Shown piece by piece: positions 11,733-23,574 of a stretch of DNA of 64,000 nt. Made by a program: the position numbers and the translations under genes. Numbering within the stretch: position 1 is the stretch's first letter; each line of letters starts with the position of its first letter. Under the pieces are notes generated by a model that did no database searches, had not been told where the DNA came from, and was given only the letters and a program-made list of their open reading frames with translations. Source of the stretch: Squalus acanthias. Lineage: Eukaryota. Where the stretch lies: contig CM059431.1 in assembly GCA_030390025.1 (NCBI GenBank), forward strand, positions 100,566,001 to 100,630,000. The letters are read 5' to 3'.

Positions 11733-13300
11733 ACAACAACAACAACTTGTATTTATATAGCGCCTTTAATGTAGTAAAACGTCCCAAGATGCTCCACAGG
11801 AGCATAATCAGACAAAATCTGACACCGAGCCACATAAGGAGATATTAGGACAGGTGACCAAAAGCTTGGTCAAAGGGGTCGCTTTTAAGGGGCATCTTAA
11901 AGGAGGAGAGAGAGGCGGAGAGATTTTGGGAGGGAATTTCAGAGCGGAGAGCCTCGGCAGCTGAAGGCACGGCCGCCAATGGTGGGGCAATGAAGACTAC
12001 GCTACGGGGTCAAGCAAGGCTGTGTCATCGCACCAACGCTCTTCTCGATCTTCCTTGCAGCAATGCTCCATCTCACCCTCAGTAAGCTCCCTGCTGGAGT
12101 GGAGCTAATTTACAGAACAAACGGGAAACTGTTCAACCTCCGTCACCTCCGGTCCAGATCCAAGGTCGTCCCTTCCTCTGTCATCGAATTACAGTACGCA
12201 GGCGACGCTTGCGTCTGCGCACACTCAGAGGTCGAACTCCAAACCATCGTTAACACCTTCACCGAAGCGTACGAGAGCATGGGCCTTACACTAAACATCT
12301 GTAAGATAAAGGTCCTCTACCAACCTGCCCCCACCACACAGTACTGCCCCCCGATTATCAAAATCCATGACAAGGCCTTGGACAATGTGGACCACTTTCC
12401 ATACCTCGGGAGCCTACTGTCAACAAGGGCAGACGTTGATGACGAAGTCCAACACCGCCTTCAGTGTGCCAGTGTAGCCTTCGGTAACCTGAGGAAGAGA
12501 GTGTTTGAACACCAGGACCTCAAACCCAGCACCAAGCTCATGGTCTACAGAGCAGGAGTAATACCCGCCCTCCTGTATGCCTCAGAGACATGGACCATGT
12601 TCAGCAGGCACCTCAAAGCACTGGAGAGGTACCACCAACGCTGCCTCTGCAAGATTCTGCAAATCCACTGGCAGGATAGGTGTTCTCGCTCAGGCCAACA
12701 TCCCCAGCATCGAAGCTTTGACCACACTCGATCAGCTCCGATGGACGGGTCACATCGTCCACATGCCCGACACGAGACTCCCAAAACAAGCGCTCTACTC
12801 GGAGCTCCGACACGGCAAGAGAGCCCCAGGTGGGCAGAGGAAACGCTTCAAGGCCACCCTCAAAGCCTCCTTGAAAAAGTGCAACATCCCCACCGACACC
12901 TGGGAATCCCTGGCCCAAGACCGCACAAAGTGGAGGAGAAGCATCCGGGAAGGCGCCGAATACCTCGCGTCTCTTCGCCGGGAGCAAGTGGAAGCCAAGC
13001 GCAAACAGCGGAAGGAGCGCACATCAACCCAAGCACCCCCCCCCCGCCCCTTCAACCACTGTCTGCCCCACCTGTGACAGAGACTGTAGGTCCCGCATTG
13101 GACTCATCAGTCACCTGAGAACTCATTTTTGATGAGGAAGCAAGTCATCCTCGGTTCCGAGGGACTGCCTAAGAAGAAGAGAAGAATGAAAATGGGTGAT
13201 GCGCATGAAGCCAGAATTGGGGGAGCGCAGAGATCTCAGCGGAGGTTGCAGAGATAGGGAGGGGCGAGGCCATAGAGAGATCTGAAAACAAGGATGAGAC
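11733..13300 (-). mobile_element. L2 3' fragment interrupted by an RTE element
   Basis: L2 pieces at 11733-11994 and 13185-13300 are collinear with other L2 copies. Confidence 0.8.
11995..13184 (+). mobile_element. RTE-clade LINE (BovB-like) 3' part, inactivated
   Basis: GVKQGCVIAPTLFSIF, ELQYAGD (mutated YADD), FPYLGS, LLYASETW, LRWTGH..MPD.RLPK, C-terminal C2H2-like CPTCDRDC..RIGLISH. (AAG)n tail and AATGAA duplicated at 11989-11994 and 13185-13190. Frameshift near 12680. Confidence 0.88.
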
Positions 13301-13789
13301 CACCATTTGAAGACTCTGTGACAAGCCCAGCTGAGCACCCATGAGCGCGTCAACGTGTAACTTTAGGGTGCAATGATCGTGGGTATCTGTTTCTAGAGTC
13401 TATGTTGAGAAGGCAAGTCTTGGATTTAGTGGCTACTCCAAGGTTGGTCAAAGTGACAAATCCAAATAATGCATGACTTGATTTGAGAGATTGAACATGA
13501 AAAATAATAAATCACATTCCCAAAAGGGAAGTTGATGATAATGAGGACTGTGTGAAGCTGGAGAAAGTGTGCAAAATTTTATTGAAAGGTTTTAATAAAC
13601 TTTTTCGAAAGGACCATATATTACATAAACAAACGTGAGCTGTGGAATAACTGAACAAACTTTTCCTGTTGCAGAACAGACTGAAGTTCAATACAAAGAC
13701 AAGATCTACATGTTCCTGGGCTTGGGAGAAAAGAGGGAGGCGAGGGGGGGGGCGGGTAGTGGGAGGAAGTAGACTGCGTTCTATATAAA

Positions 13790-14455
13790 GAAAGAACTTG
13801 CATTTCTACAGCTCTTTTCATGACCTCAGGACATCCCAGAGCGCTTTACAGCCAAAGAAGTACTTTTGAAGTGTGGTCACTGTTGTAATGTAGGAAACGC
13901 GGCAGCCAATTTGCACACAACAAGCTCCCACAAACTGCAATGAGATAATGACCAGATAATCTGTTTTTTTTAGTATGTTGGTTGAGGGATAAGTATTAGC
14001 CAGAACACTGGGGAGAATGTCTTCGCGAACTCTGGAATTCCCTTCCTAAACCTCTCCGACTCTCTACCTCTCTCTCCTCCTTTAAGACGCTCTTTAAAAC
14101 CTACCTCATCTGTCCTAATATCTCCTGATGTGGCTCGGTGTCAGATTTTGTTTGATAATCGCTCCTGTGAAGCGCCTTGGGATGTTTTGCTACGTTAAAG
14201 GCGCTATATAAATGTAAGTTGTTGTTGTTGATGTATTGCCATGAGGTTGTTTACATCCACCTGAGGGGGAAGACTGGGCCTCGGTTTAATGTCTCATCCG
14301 AAAGACAGCACCTCCGACAGTGCAGCACTCCCTCAGCACTCCACTGGGAGTGCCGGCCTAGATTTTTGTTCTCCAGTCTCTGGAGTGGAACTTAAACCCA
14401 CAACCTTCTGACTCAGTGGCGAGAGTGCTAGCCCACTGAGCCACGGCTGACACCT
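13790..14455 (-). mobile_element. DeuSINE split by a plus-strand L2 tail (about 14030-14232)
   Basis: tRNA-like head (A box TGGCTCAGTGG, B-box-like GGTTTAAGTTCC) at the 14455 end, Deu core and L2-like tail. Confidence 0.8.
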
Positions 14456-15720
14456 GGACATATGGCTACCTGGAGGCCACAACTACAAAGGGACAACATT
14501 CCCTAGCTTCCTTCTCAATTTGGATAACACCCTATTCATTTGTACGTGAAGGGTGATAATTTGCATTGGAAGAGTTCGCACGCACTAGTAAGGATTTTGA
14601 AACACCTTCGGATGAAAGGTCAGCGACTTGAAACGTTAACTCTGTTTTTCTCCCCACAGATACTGACCGACCTGCCGAGTGCTTCCAGCATTTCCTGTTT
14701 TTATTCTGAATACAGGTATTTTGATGAGCTCAGCCATGTAAAAATAAAGACAACGTAATCTGTGATTCATAAAGAAACTGGCAATCGAACCGCAGGGGAA
14801 TTGCTTTGGTGGAAATGGACATCAAAAGACTGTACTACATTTAAAAAAAATACTTATTCATGGTGACCAGATTAATGAGAAGCCAAGGTACATCTCTTTC
14901 TACATTTTAATGCTTTGGGATCCGTTCCACGGGACAAAAGAAGGAACCAATAGCTGATGTTATTACAGGAGTGGTTTCAACAGCCAAACAGAAAAGATGT
15001 CTTCTCCATAAAAGCAGTTGAACAAACACAAGAGCTTCCTCAGTAAAAAGGAATCCAACATCAAACCACCAGTAAAATCCTGAACCCTAAAACCTCCTTT
15101 GAAGAAACCTATTTGAAGTGAGGTATTTCTAGTTATGGGTGATTGAAATGAGAAATCTGTCGCAGCACACGGACATGTTGGCAACATGACCTGCTAATTA
15201 AATCCATGTGAGGCAGGCTCATCTTAAAAGAGGTTCCAAACATTAGCTTTCTCAACTTATGTCTAGTCAATCAACCGGGCAACATAGTCTTAAACATGAG
15301 ACCGCAGTGACGCAAATCCTGCCCCTAAACTAACCATTTTTGCATTTTAACCAGATTCAAACGATAAGCATTGCATATTCTACTAAACTAATGTTGCCAA
15401 CACAAGCTTTGAAAGTGGGAAATTATGCTCAGTAATATGTAAAGCCTGAAGAGGTTTTTCTTTTCCACAACACAATCTTGAATTTAGCTAACGCTGAGAG
15501 TGTCTGGGAAACGCAAAAGTAAGTAGCTCTCGCTTGGAAAAATGAGAAAGATAGAGCTTCTGTCTTCAACGCTCTTAACAATAACGCATCCGGCTTATTT
15601 TGATCAATAAACTGCATTTCTAATTTACAGCACGCTTGAAGAAGGCGGACGGCGAACAGCTATGCTGCGTTAGCAACTTTATACGAGGTTTAAAAGGCAG
15701 AGATATTGTTTCAAGCTTAC

Positions 15721-15823
15721 AGTGTATGATGACCCTGATCGTGAGACAGTAACAGAATGCACCCCATCATCCAGCTGTACTGACAGCTCCCATCTCTTCT
15801 GTTCTTGTTTAGCAGCAGGAACC
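15721..15823 (-). CDS. PCCA: PCCA internal coding exon (equivalent to human exon 19), BT domain
   Basis: ctgcag|G GTT CCT GCT...TCA TAC ACT|gtaagc, 103 nt, phase 2-0. It encodes (R)VPAAKQEQKRWELSVQLDDGVHSVTVSRSGSSYT, similar to human [35 protein letters not shown]. Confidence 0.93.
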
Positions 15824-16909
15824 CTGCAGACCAAAGTACAAAGAACATTTTATTTCAAAAAGATGAAAAAGATGTGCTCAATAAACTTGGATCACAGGGA
15901 TATATTAAGGGCATTAAATTATTAAGTGTCACTTGAATTTTGAGCCTTATTTCATAAATGATCATCCTGTGTACATTTTGAAACATTTTCTGCCCAAATT
16001 GAAAGAAATTGTTCTGCTCGACTTTCAACACCAGCCCTGCAAACTTGAAAGAAGCTTGTTCACAAAACAAAAACATGCCCTCCCCAAGAGAACAGGACTT
16101 CTGTTTAAAAAAAAAAATTAAATGTTAATAAGTGACATTGCTGGAAAATGCAGTTGTGAAATTCTTATCATTACGTTTGAGTCTGGCAATTATCTCCATT
16201 GACGTATTGCTATTCAGATCAAATTCAAGGTACTAATCAAAGGAAAAAAATCTCAGTGGTTAGCGCCATTTTCAGTCAACTCTTTTGAAGACTAAGAGCA
16301 TTTCTGCATCACAACAAAAGAAGATTGCAATTCTACGTTACACAGTGATTGAAGCATTGTTCTGATCATTTTTCGACTCTATAATGGTAAGCAGCGGCGT
16401 TTTATGAGAAACGCTTTTTTCTAGAAGTTGTAGAAAAAGTAAACAAAATCATACATAGTATTTACAGCACAGAAACAGGCCATTTGGCCCATCAGGTCCG
16501 TGCCGGTGTTTATGCTCCACACCAGCCTCCTCCCACCCCTCTTCATCTCACCCTGTCAGCATATCCTTCTATTGCTTTCCCCTTCATGTGTTTATTTAGT
16601 TTCTGCTTATGCTATTCGCCTCAACCACTCCATGTGGTAGAGTGTTCCACATTCTAGCCACTCTTGGGTAAAATCTTTCACAAAATGTATTTTATAAAGC
16701 ACAAAAAACATACACTAGGTATTGGAATGGGAATGCAACTTCTGTTATTGGCAAAGTCAAAATGGTCCACATAATGGACAGAATGTTCATCAATTGATAG
16801 TGTTAAAAAACCTTACTCTAAGTTATTAATATATTACAACCCCGGCATAAGGCAAGCAGAAGCTAGTGTTCTACTCATGCAGTTGCGGAATCATTGATCA
16901 AAAAAAAAA

Positions 16910-17350
16910 GAAAAACTTGCATTTCTATAGCGCCTTTCACGACCACCGGATGTCCCAAAGCGCTTTACAGCCAATGAAGTACTTTTTGAAGTGGAGTCAC
17001 TGTTGTAATGTAGGGAATGCGGCAGCCAATTTGGACACAGCAAGCTCCCACAAACAGCAATGTGGTAATGACCAGATCATCAGTTTTAGCGATGCTGATT
17101 GAGGAATAAATATTGGCCCCAGGACACCGGGGAGAACTCCACTGCTCTTCTTCGAAATAGTGGCCGTGGGATCTTTTACATCCACCCAAGAGAGCAGACG
17201 GGGGTCTCGGTTTAACGTCTCATCTGAAAGACGGCACCGCCGACAGTGCTGCACTCCCTCAGCACTGCACTGGGAGTGTCAGCCTAGATTGTGTGCTCTG
17301 GAGTGGGACTTGAGAGGCGAGGGTGCTACCAACTGGGCCACTGGCTGACA
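16910..17350 (-). mobile_element. Essentially full-length DeuSINE (SacSINE1-like)
   Basis: Minus strand: tRNA-related head, central ...GATGAGACGTTAAACCGAG...GTAAAAGATCCCA...GTGTCCTGG...TTGCTGTG..CAAATTGGCTGCC core as in Deu-domain SINEs, and 3' GCGCTATAGAAATGCAAG shared with the L2 tail. Confidence 0.85.
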
Positions 17351-19043
17351 ATGACAACCTTGGATTATTGTAGGATTACCAGCAGCAATGCACATTAGAT
17401 CCACCATTATTCTTCAAAGTGACACCATTCTATATCATCAGTTCGGAACATAGGAACAGGAGGAGGCCATTCAGCCCCTCGAGCCTGTTCCGCCATTCAA
17501 TTAGATCATGGCTGATCTGTATCTTAACTCCATCTCCCCTCCCTGATTCAAAAACCCTCAATACCCTGAACCCAACAAGGGTTGTTCAGATAAATACATT
17601 TTCAATTATAGCTCAGAATTTTTTTTCAACACTGGTGCTGTGCATCTTTGGAGCAAATTAATGTACAAATTAAACTGATAAGAACTCAAACAGTCCTTAA
17701 GTGTACTATTTGCATCACTACCACCAGCTTTTATTTTAATAGCTTAATTAGTTTCTGCACCAATCTGCTGCCTTAGCTTGAGATCAACAGAAGAGATGCG
17801 CCCACTGGGAAGTCAATTTAACAGCAATACATGGTACCCAGGACGCTTACAGCCTATAGTATTACATAAAATAGAACTTTACAGCTTCTCAAATGCACAT
17901 AAATCACAACCAGTCAACATAATAAAATACCATATTAATTCAGAAATATGATCAATGACTCAATATTTTCTGAGCGTATTTTGAAAGGCATGGTTAGATT
18001 TTTTATTTTCAAAAGCTGGAATAGTTTTAGTATTACACTGTCCAGGAAATGCGTATTATAAAAGGTTAGAATTCTACTGGACGAGATTTAACTTTGCAAT
18101 CATTATTTAATTGTTTAGAAGGCGTTAATCTCTTTATTCATTTGCCTGAATTTTTTGTAAAATTGCAAGAGTACAATCACACTTAATAAAAACAAGCTAA
18201 ATTGGTATCACAACACAGCATTGCTTTCTGGACACTGACATGATCTACCCATGCATGAACTGCCCAGATGTAAACTCTGCTTGTTAAAGTTCCACCCCAC
18301 GGTGCAGTGACTATTTTTTGTTGAAATTTTAAACAAGAGAAACTCCAGGCTCCAAACAATTCATCTGTAATATGCAGAACACTCATCCAGTACATAGTTC
18401 CGAGGAGAAATTAATTCTTATGATTTCATCTACGCTACAAAAACAAGTTTCAAAGTGGATTTTTTCTCCTTACCTGGCAGAAGCTTTGAAGACAATCTGA
18501 ACAATAACAATTTGCATTTATATAGCGCCTTTAACGTAGTAACATGTCCCAAGGTGTTTCACAGGAGCGTAATCAGACAAAAATTGACATTGAGCCAAAG
18601 GAGGAGATATTAGGTCAGGTGACCAAAACGCTTGGTCAGAAAGGTAGGTTTTAAGAAGCGCCTTAGGAGGAGAGAGAAGCAGAAATGTTTAGGGAGGAAA
18701 TTCCAGAGCTTAGGGCCTCGGCAGCTGAAGGCACGGCCGCGAATGGTGGAGCGTCGAAAATTGGGGATGCACAAGAGGCCAGAATTGGAGGAGCACAGTA
18801 GGGGCTGGAGGAGGTTACAGAGCTAGGGAGGGGGCAAGGCCATGAAGGGATGTGAACACGAGGATGAGAATTTTAAAATCGAGGTGTTGCCGGACCGGGA
18901 GCCAATGTAGGTCAGCGAGCACAGGGGGTGATGGGTGAACGGGACTTGATGCGAGTTAGGACACGGGCAGCAGAGTTTTGGATGAGCTTAAGTCAATGGA
19001 GGGTAGAGTGTGGGAGGCCGGCCAGGAGAGCATTGGAATAGTC

Positions 19044-20536
19044 CTACTCGGGTCCCCTCCCTCACCTCTTTTTCCGGTACATTGATGACTGTATCGGTGC
19101 CGTCTCCTGCTCTCGCCCTGAACTAGAAAATTTCATTCACTTTGCTTCCAATTTCCACCCTTCCCTCACCTTCACATGGTCCATCTCCGACTCTTCCCTT
19201 CCCTTCCTCGACTTCTCCGTCTCCATCTCTGGGGATAGGTTATTGACAAACATTCACTACAAGCCCACAGCTACCTGGACTACACTTCCTCCCACCCCGC
19301 CTCCTGTAAGGACTCTATTCCATTCTCCCAGTTTCGACGTCTCCGCCGCATCTGCTCTGACGATGCCACCTTCCATACCAGTGCTTCCGACATGTCTTCC
19401 TTTTTCCTCAACCGAGGATTCCCCTCTACAGTGGTTGACACGGCCCTCGACCGTGTCCGTGCTATCTCCCGCACTTCTGCCCTCACATCTGCCCCTCCCT
19501 CCCGGAACCATGATAGAGTTCCCCTTGTCCTCACCTTTCACCCCACCAGCCTCCACATTCAACGGATCATCCTCCGCCATTTCCGCCACCTCCAGCGTGA
19601 TCCCACCACCAAACGCATCTTCCCCTCAACTCCCCTTTCAGCATTCCGTAGGGACCACTCCCTCCGCGACACCCTAGTCTACTCCTCTACCACCCCCAGC
19701 ACCCCTTCCCCTTCGCCCGGCACCTTCCCGTGCATGCGCAGGAGATGCAACACATGCCCTTATACCTCCCCCCTTCCCATTGTCCAGGGCCCCAAACACC
19801 CCTTCCAGGTGAAACAGTGATTTACTTGTACTTCTTGCAATTTAGTATACAGTATTCGCTGCTCACGATGTGGTCTCCTCTACATTGGGGAGACCAAATG
19901 CAGATTGGGTGACCGCTTTGCGGAACACCTCCGTTCAGTCCGTAAGGGGGACCCCGAGCCCCCGGTGGCCTGTCACTTTAATTCACCGCTCCATTCCCAC
20001 TCAGACCTCACCGTCCTCGGCCTCTTGCATTGTTCCATGGAAGCTCAGCGTAAGCTCGAGGAACAGCACCTCATCTTTCGATTAGGCCCTCTGGACTCAA
20101 CATAGAGTTCAACAATTTCAGATCATAACCTCGGCCCCTATCACATATATATATATTTTTTAATTTTTATCCACACTTTTTGTTTGGCCTTTTTTTCTTC
20201 CCTCCCACATGGCAGCTGTCCTTCATTCTGCCAGCGCAATTCACACTTCATCTAGAGCCATCCTTTGTTCCTTAACCTGCCCATTACCACCTCCTCTTGC
20301 CTTGAATATCTCTTAATGTCTCTCAATCTCTCCTGCTTTCGATCCTATCACTGGCCTTCCCTTTTGTTCTTTCATCCCCTCCCCCTTTTCCCAGCCCCTA
20401 AACTTGCTTTAAAATCTATTCCATTTCCTGCTTTTTTTCCAGTTCTGACGAAAGTTCTTCGACCTGAAACGTTAACTCTGTTTCTCTCCACGGATGCTGC
20501 CTGGCCTGCTGAGTTTTTCCAGCGTTTTCTGTTGTT
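19044..20536 (+). mobile_element. Penelope-like retroelement (Neptune-type), 5'-truncated: RT C-terminus, Cys-rich linker, GIY-YIG endonuclease, pLTR tail
   Basis: FFRYIDD, LPFLD, YKPT, RLRRICSD, CMRRRCNTC linker, LVYSIRCSRCGLLYIGET..RFAEH...HF. One frameshift near 19268 and a stop at 19818-19820. 12-bp TSD ATTGGAATAGTC at 19032-19043 and 20537-20548. Confidence 0.92.
20441..20477 (+). ncRNA. Minimal hammerhead ribozyme motif in Penelope tail
   Basis: AGTT-CTGACGA-A-AGTTC ttc GACCT-GAAA-CG-TT-AACT. The core is intact, with one mismatch in stem II. Confidence 0.62.
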
Positions 20537-20627
20537 ATTGGAATAGTCAAGTTTGGTGGTAGCAAAAGCATGGATGAGGGTTTCAGCAGCGGATGAGCTG
20601 AGGCAGGGTCGGAGATAAAAACATCAG

Positions 20628-21173
20628 GGCCCAGAAATTGGGGTGTATAGCCCCCGTTGTTCAGGTGCTACGCGGCCTACTACTCCCCCAAAATGGCAGG
20701 CAGGAATCACACGCACACTTCCGACTGGATACCGGGTAAGGACAAACAAGAGACGCTCTTTACCCACACCTGAAGCAGGTGTTAGCCCCTTTGCATATGG
20801 AAATAAGAGCCCCAATGCCTGCTTCAGATCCCTGCCCTGAAGCGGCCAGCTGCAGCGCAGGCTGCACTCGGGGAAACCGAGCCTAGGGAACCCCTGCCAA
20901 ACAAGGTGGTGAGGAACCTACCTGAATGTGGGGCCGGGAGGCGCACGACCCCACATTAAAAGGTGCCGATCGCTGCTCCATACCCTCCCCCATCGCCACT
21001 TCTCCCGATCCCCCTCCCCCTCCCCCCAGCCTCTGGTCTTTGCCGGCTTCTTGGCAATGAGGTCCGAGGCCCAATACCTCACCATTCTGGCGCAGGGTAC
21101 TTACCCTTTGTCCCCCCCCCACCCCGCCTCCCCCACGACCACCCAAAAATGGGCACTCCTGAATTTTTAGGCC
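20628..21173. mobile_element. Harbinger-type MITE (546 bp)
   Basis: TIRs GGCCCAGAAATT and (rc) GGCCTAAAAATT (10/12), with a 3-bp TSD CAG. Confidence 0.72.
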
Positions 21174-21619
21174 CAGGAGTCGTATTAAGCATCAGGTCTC
21201 ATAAAAGCATGAAGCTGTTCCATATTGCATCTGTTTGCTACATGATGATTACAATTTGCATTGATATACAGTAAACTCTTTCTTATCTGGCACCTATGGG
21301 ACCAGGATGGTGCCGGTTGATGAAATATTCTGGATAACAGAGAGGTATACCTACCATGGTGCTGCTTTTCCACTCACCATCACCACTGACTAACTCGGCC
21401 ACCGCGAGAGACTCGGACTCGGCAAAACGAGTGCTGGATGGATTCGGCAAGATTACCGGTTATTGAGGTGTTGTTTTGTATTGAGATGTATCTATTTTGC
21501 CGGTTATTAAAGTATTCCGGATGATTAAAGTGCCGTTTAAACAAGAGCAAATTAGAGAGAGAAAGAGGAAGTTTAAAAGAGTGATAGAAAGAGATAGAGA
21601 AAGAGAGAGACAAAGAAAG

Positions 21620-22762
21620 AATTGCATTTACAGAACACCTACCACGATCGCAGATCATTCAAAATCGTTTTCCAGCCAATGAAGTACTTTTAAAAAAATG
21701 TAGTCACTGTTGTAATGTAGGAAACGCGGCAGCCAATTTGCGCACAGCAAGCTCCCACAAACAGCAATGAGATACTGACCAGTTAACCTGTTTTAGTGAT
21801 GTTGGTTGAGGGATAAACATTGGCCCAAGGACACCGGGGATAACAACAACAACAACTTGTAGTATAACGTCCCAATGCGCTTCACAGCAGTATTACAAGA
21901 CAAAAAATTTGACACCGAGCCACATTAGGAAAAATTAGGGCAGGTGACCAAAAGCTTGGTCAAAGAGGTAGGTTTTAAGGAGCGTCTTAAAGGAAGAGAG
22001 AGAGGTAGCGAGGCGGAGGGGGTTAGGGAGGGAATTCCAGAGCTTAGGGCCCAGGCAACAGTAGGCACGGCCACCAATGGTTGAGTGATTTATAATCAGG
22101 GATGCTCAAGAGGGCAGAATTAGAGGAGCGCAGATATCTCGGGGGGTTGTAGGGCTGGAGGAGGTTACAGAGATAGGGAGGGGCGAGGCCATGGAGAGAT
22201 TTGAACACAAGGATGAGAATTTTGAAATCGAGGTGTTGCTTAAGCAGGAGCCAATGTAGGTCAGCGAGCACAGGGGTGATGGGCGAACGGGACTTGGTGC
22301 GAGTTAGGACACGGGCAGCAGAGTTTTGGATGACCTCAAGTTTACGGAGGGTAGAACGTGGGAAGCCAGCCAGGAGTGCATTGGAATAGTCAAGTCTAGA
22401 GGTAACAAAGGCATGGATGAGGGTTTCAGCAGCGGATGAGCTGAGGCAGGAGTGGAGATGGGCGATGTTACTGAGGTGGAAATAGGTGGTCTTTGTTATG
22501 CCGCGGATATGTGGTTGGAAACTCATTTCAAGGTCAAATATGGCACCAAGGTTGCGAACTCCCCTGCTCTTCGAAATAGTGCCGGGGGATTCTTTACGTC
22601 CACCTGAGAGAGCACGGCGGAGCCTCGGTTTAACGTCTCATCCGAAAGACTGCACTGGAGTGCCACCCTGGATTAGGTGCTCAAGGCCCTGAAGTGGGAC
22701 TTGAATCCACGTTCTTCTGACTCAGAGGCGAGAGAGAGTGCTACCACTGATATAAGGCTGAC
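21620..22762 (-). mobile_element. DeuSINE split by an L2 3' fragment (about 21841-22556)
   Basis: L2 ORF 22044..22526 (HAFVTSRLDYSNALLAG, LHWL). The SINE halves rejoin as ACACCGGGGA|GAACTCCCCTGCTC. Confidence 0.85.
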
Positions 22763-22962
22763 ACTTACAAGTTTCTAGATAACAGATCATAAATGGGGGT
22801 TAAAGCAGTGAATAGGGGTGATGGGCAGCTGCAGCAGAATTGTACTTTCACTTTTAATCAGAGGGCCCAGGCAGATGATTTTATTAGAAGTGGGAATGGT
22901 ATAAGACTGTATTAAATCATGTGTTTGAAAAGAATAATATGCTGCAAGAGAGATTACTGTAT

Positions 22963-23570
22963 ATAGAATCATAGAATGATACAGCACAGAAGGAGGCCAT
23001 TCGGCCCATCGTGCCCATGCCGGCTCTTTGAAAGAGCTCTCCAATTAGTCCCACTCCCCCCTGCTCTTTCCCCAGAGCCCTGTAATTTTTTTGCCTTCAA
23101 GTATTTATCCAATTCACTTTTGAAAGTTACTATTGAACCTGCTTCCACCGCCCTTTCAGGCAGCGCGTTCCAGATCACAACAACTCGCTGTGTAAAAAAT
23201 GTTTCCTCATATCGCCTCTGGTTCATTTGCCAATCAACTTAAATCTGTGTCCTCTGGTTACCGAACCTTCTGCCACCGGAAACAGTTTCTCCTTGTTTAC
23301 TCTCTCAAAACCATTCATGATTTTGAACACCTCTATCAAATCTCCTCTTAACCTTCTCTGCTCCAAGGAGAACAACCCCATCTTCTCCAGTCTCTCCACA
23401 TAAATGAAGGCCCTCAGCCCTGGTACCATTCCAGTAATCCTCTTCTGCACCCTCTCCAAGGTCTTGACACATCCTTCCTAAAGTGTGGTGCCCAGAATTG
23501 AACACAATACTCCTGCTGAGGCCTAACCAGTGTTTTATAAAGGTTTAGCATAAGTTCCTTGCTTTTCTGC
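22963..23570 (-). mobile_element. CR1 LINE (subfamily D) 3' fragment
   Basis: ORFs 23414..23632, 23223..23459 and 22969..23226 contain frameshifted CR1 ORF2 C-terminal peptides. ATTCTATG tail present. Confidence 0.85.
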
Positions 23571-23574
23571 TCTG

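Larger units (their letters stand above)
18500..20615 (-). mobile_element. L2 3' fragment interrupted by a Penelope element
   Basis: L2 pieces at 18500-19043 and 20537-20615 are collinear with 21841-22450. Confidence 0.82.

Noticed and set aside
14380..14455. tRNA-like A/B boxes
   Set aside because: These are SINE heads contiguous with the Deu core, not cloverleaf tRNA genes.
21270..21550. Possible Tc1/mariner-Tigger-like MITE remnant (TA-CAGTA start, repeated CCGG.TA motifs)
   Set aside because: No matching right TIR or TA duplication could be identified, so there is too little support.
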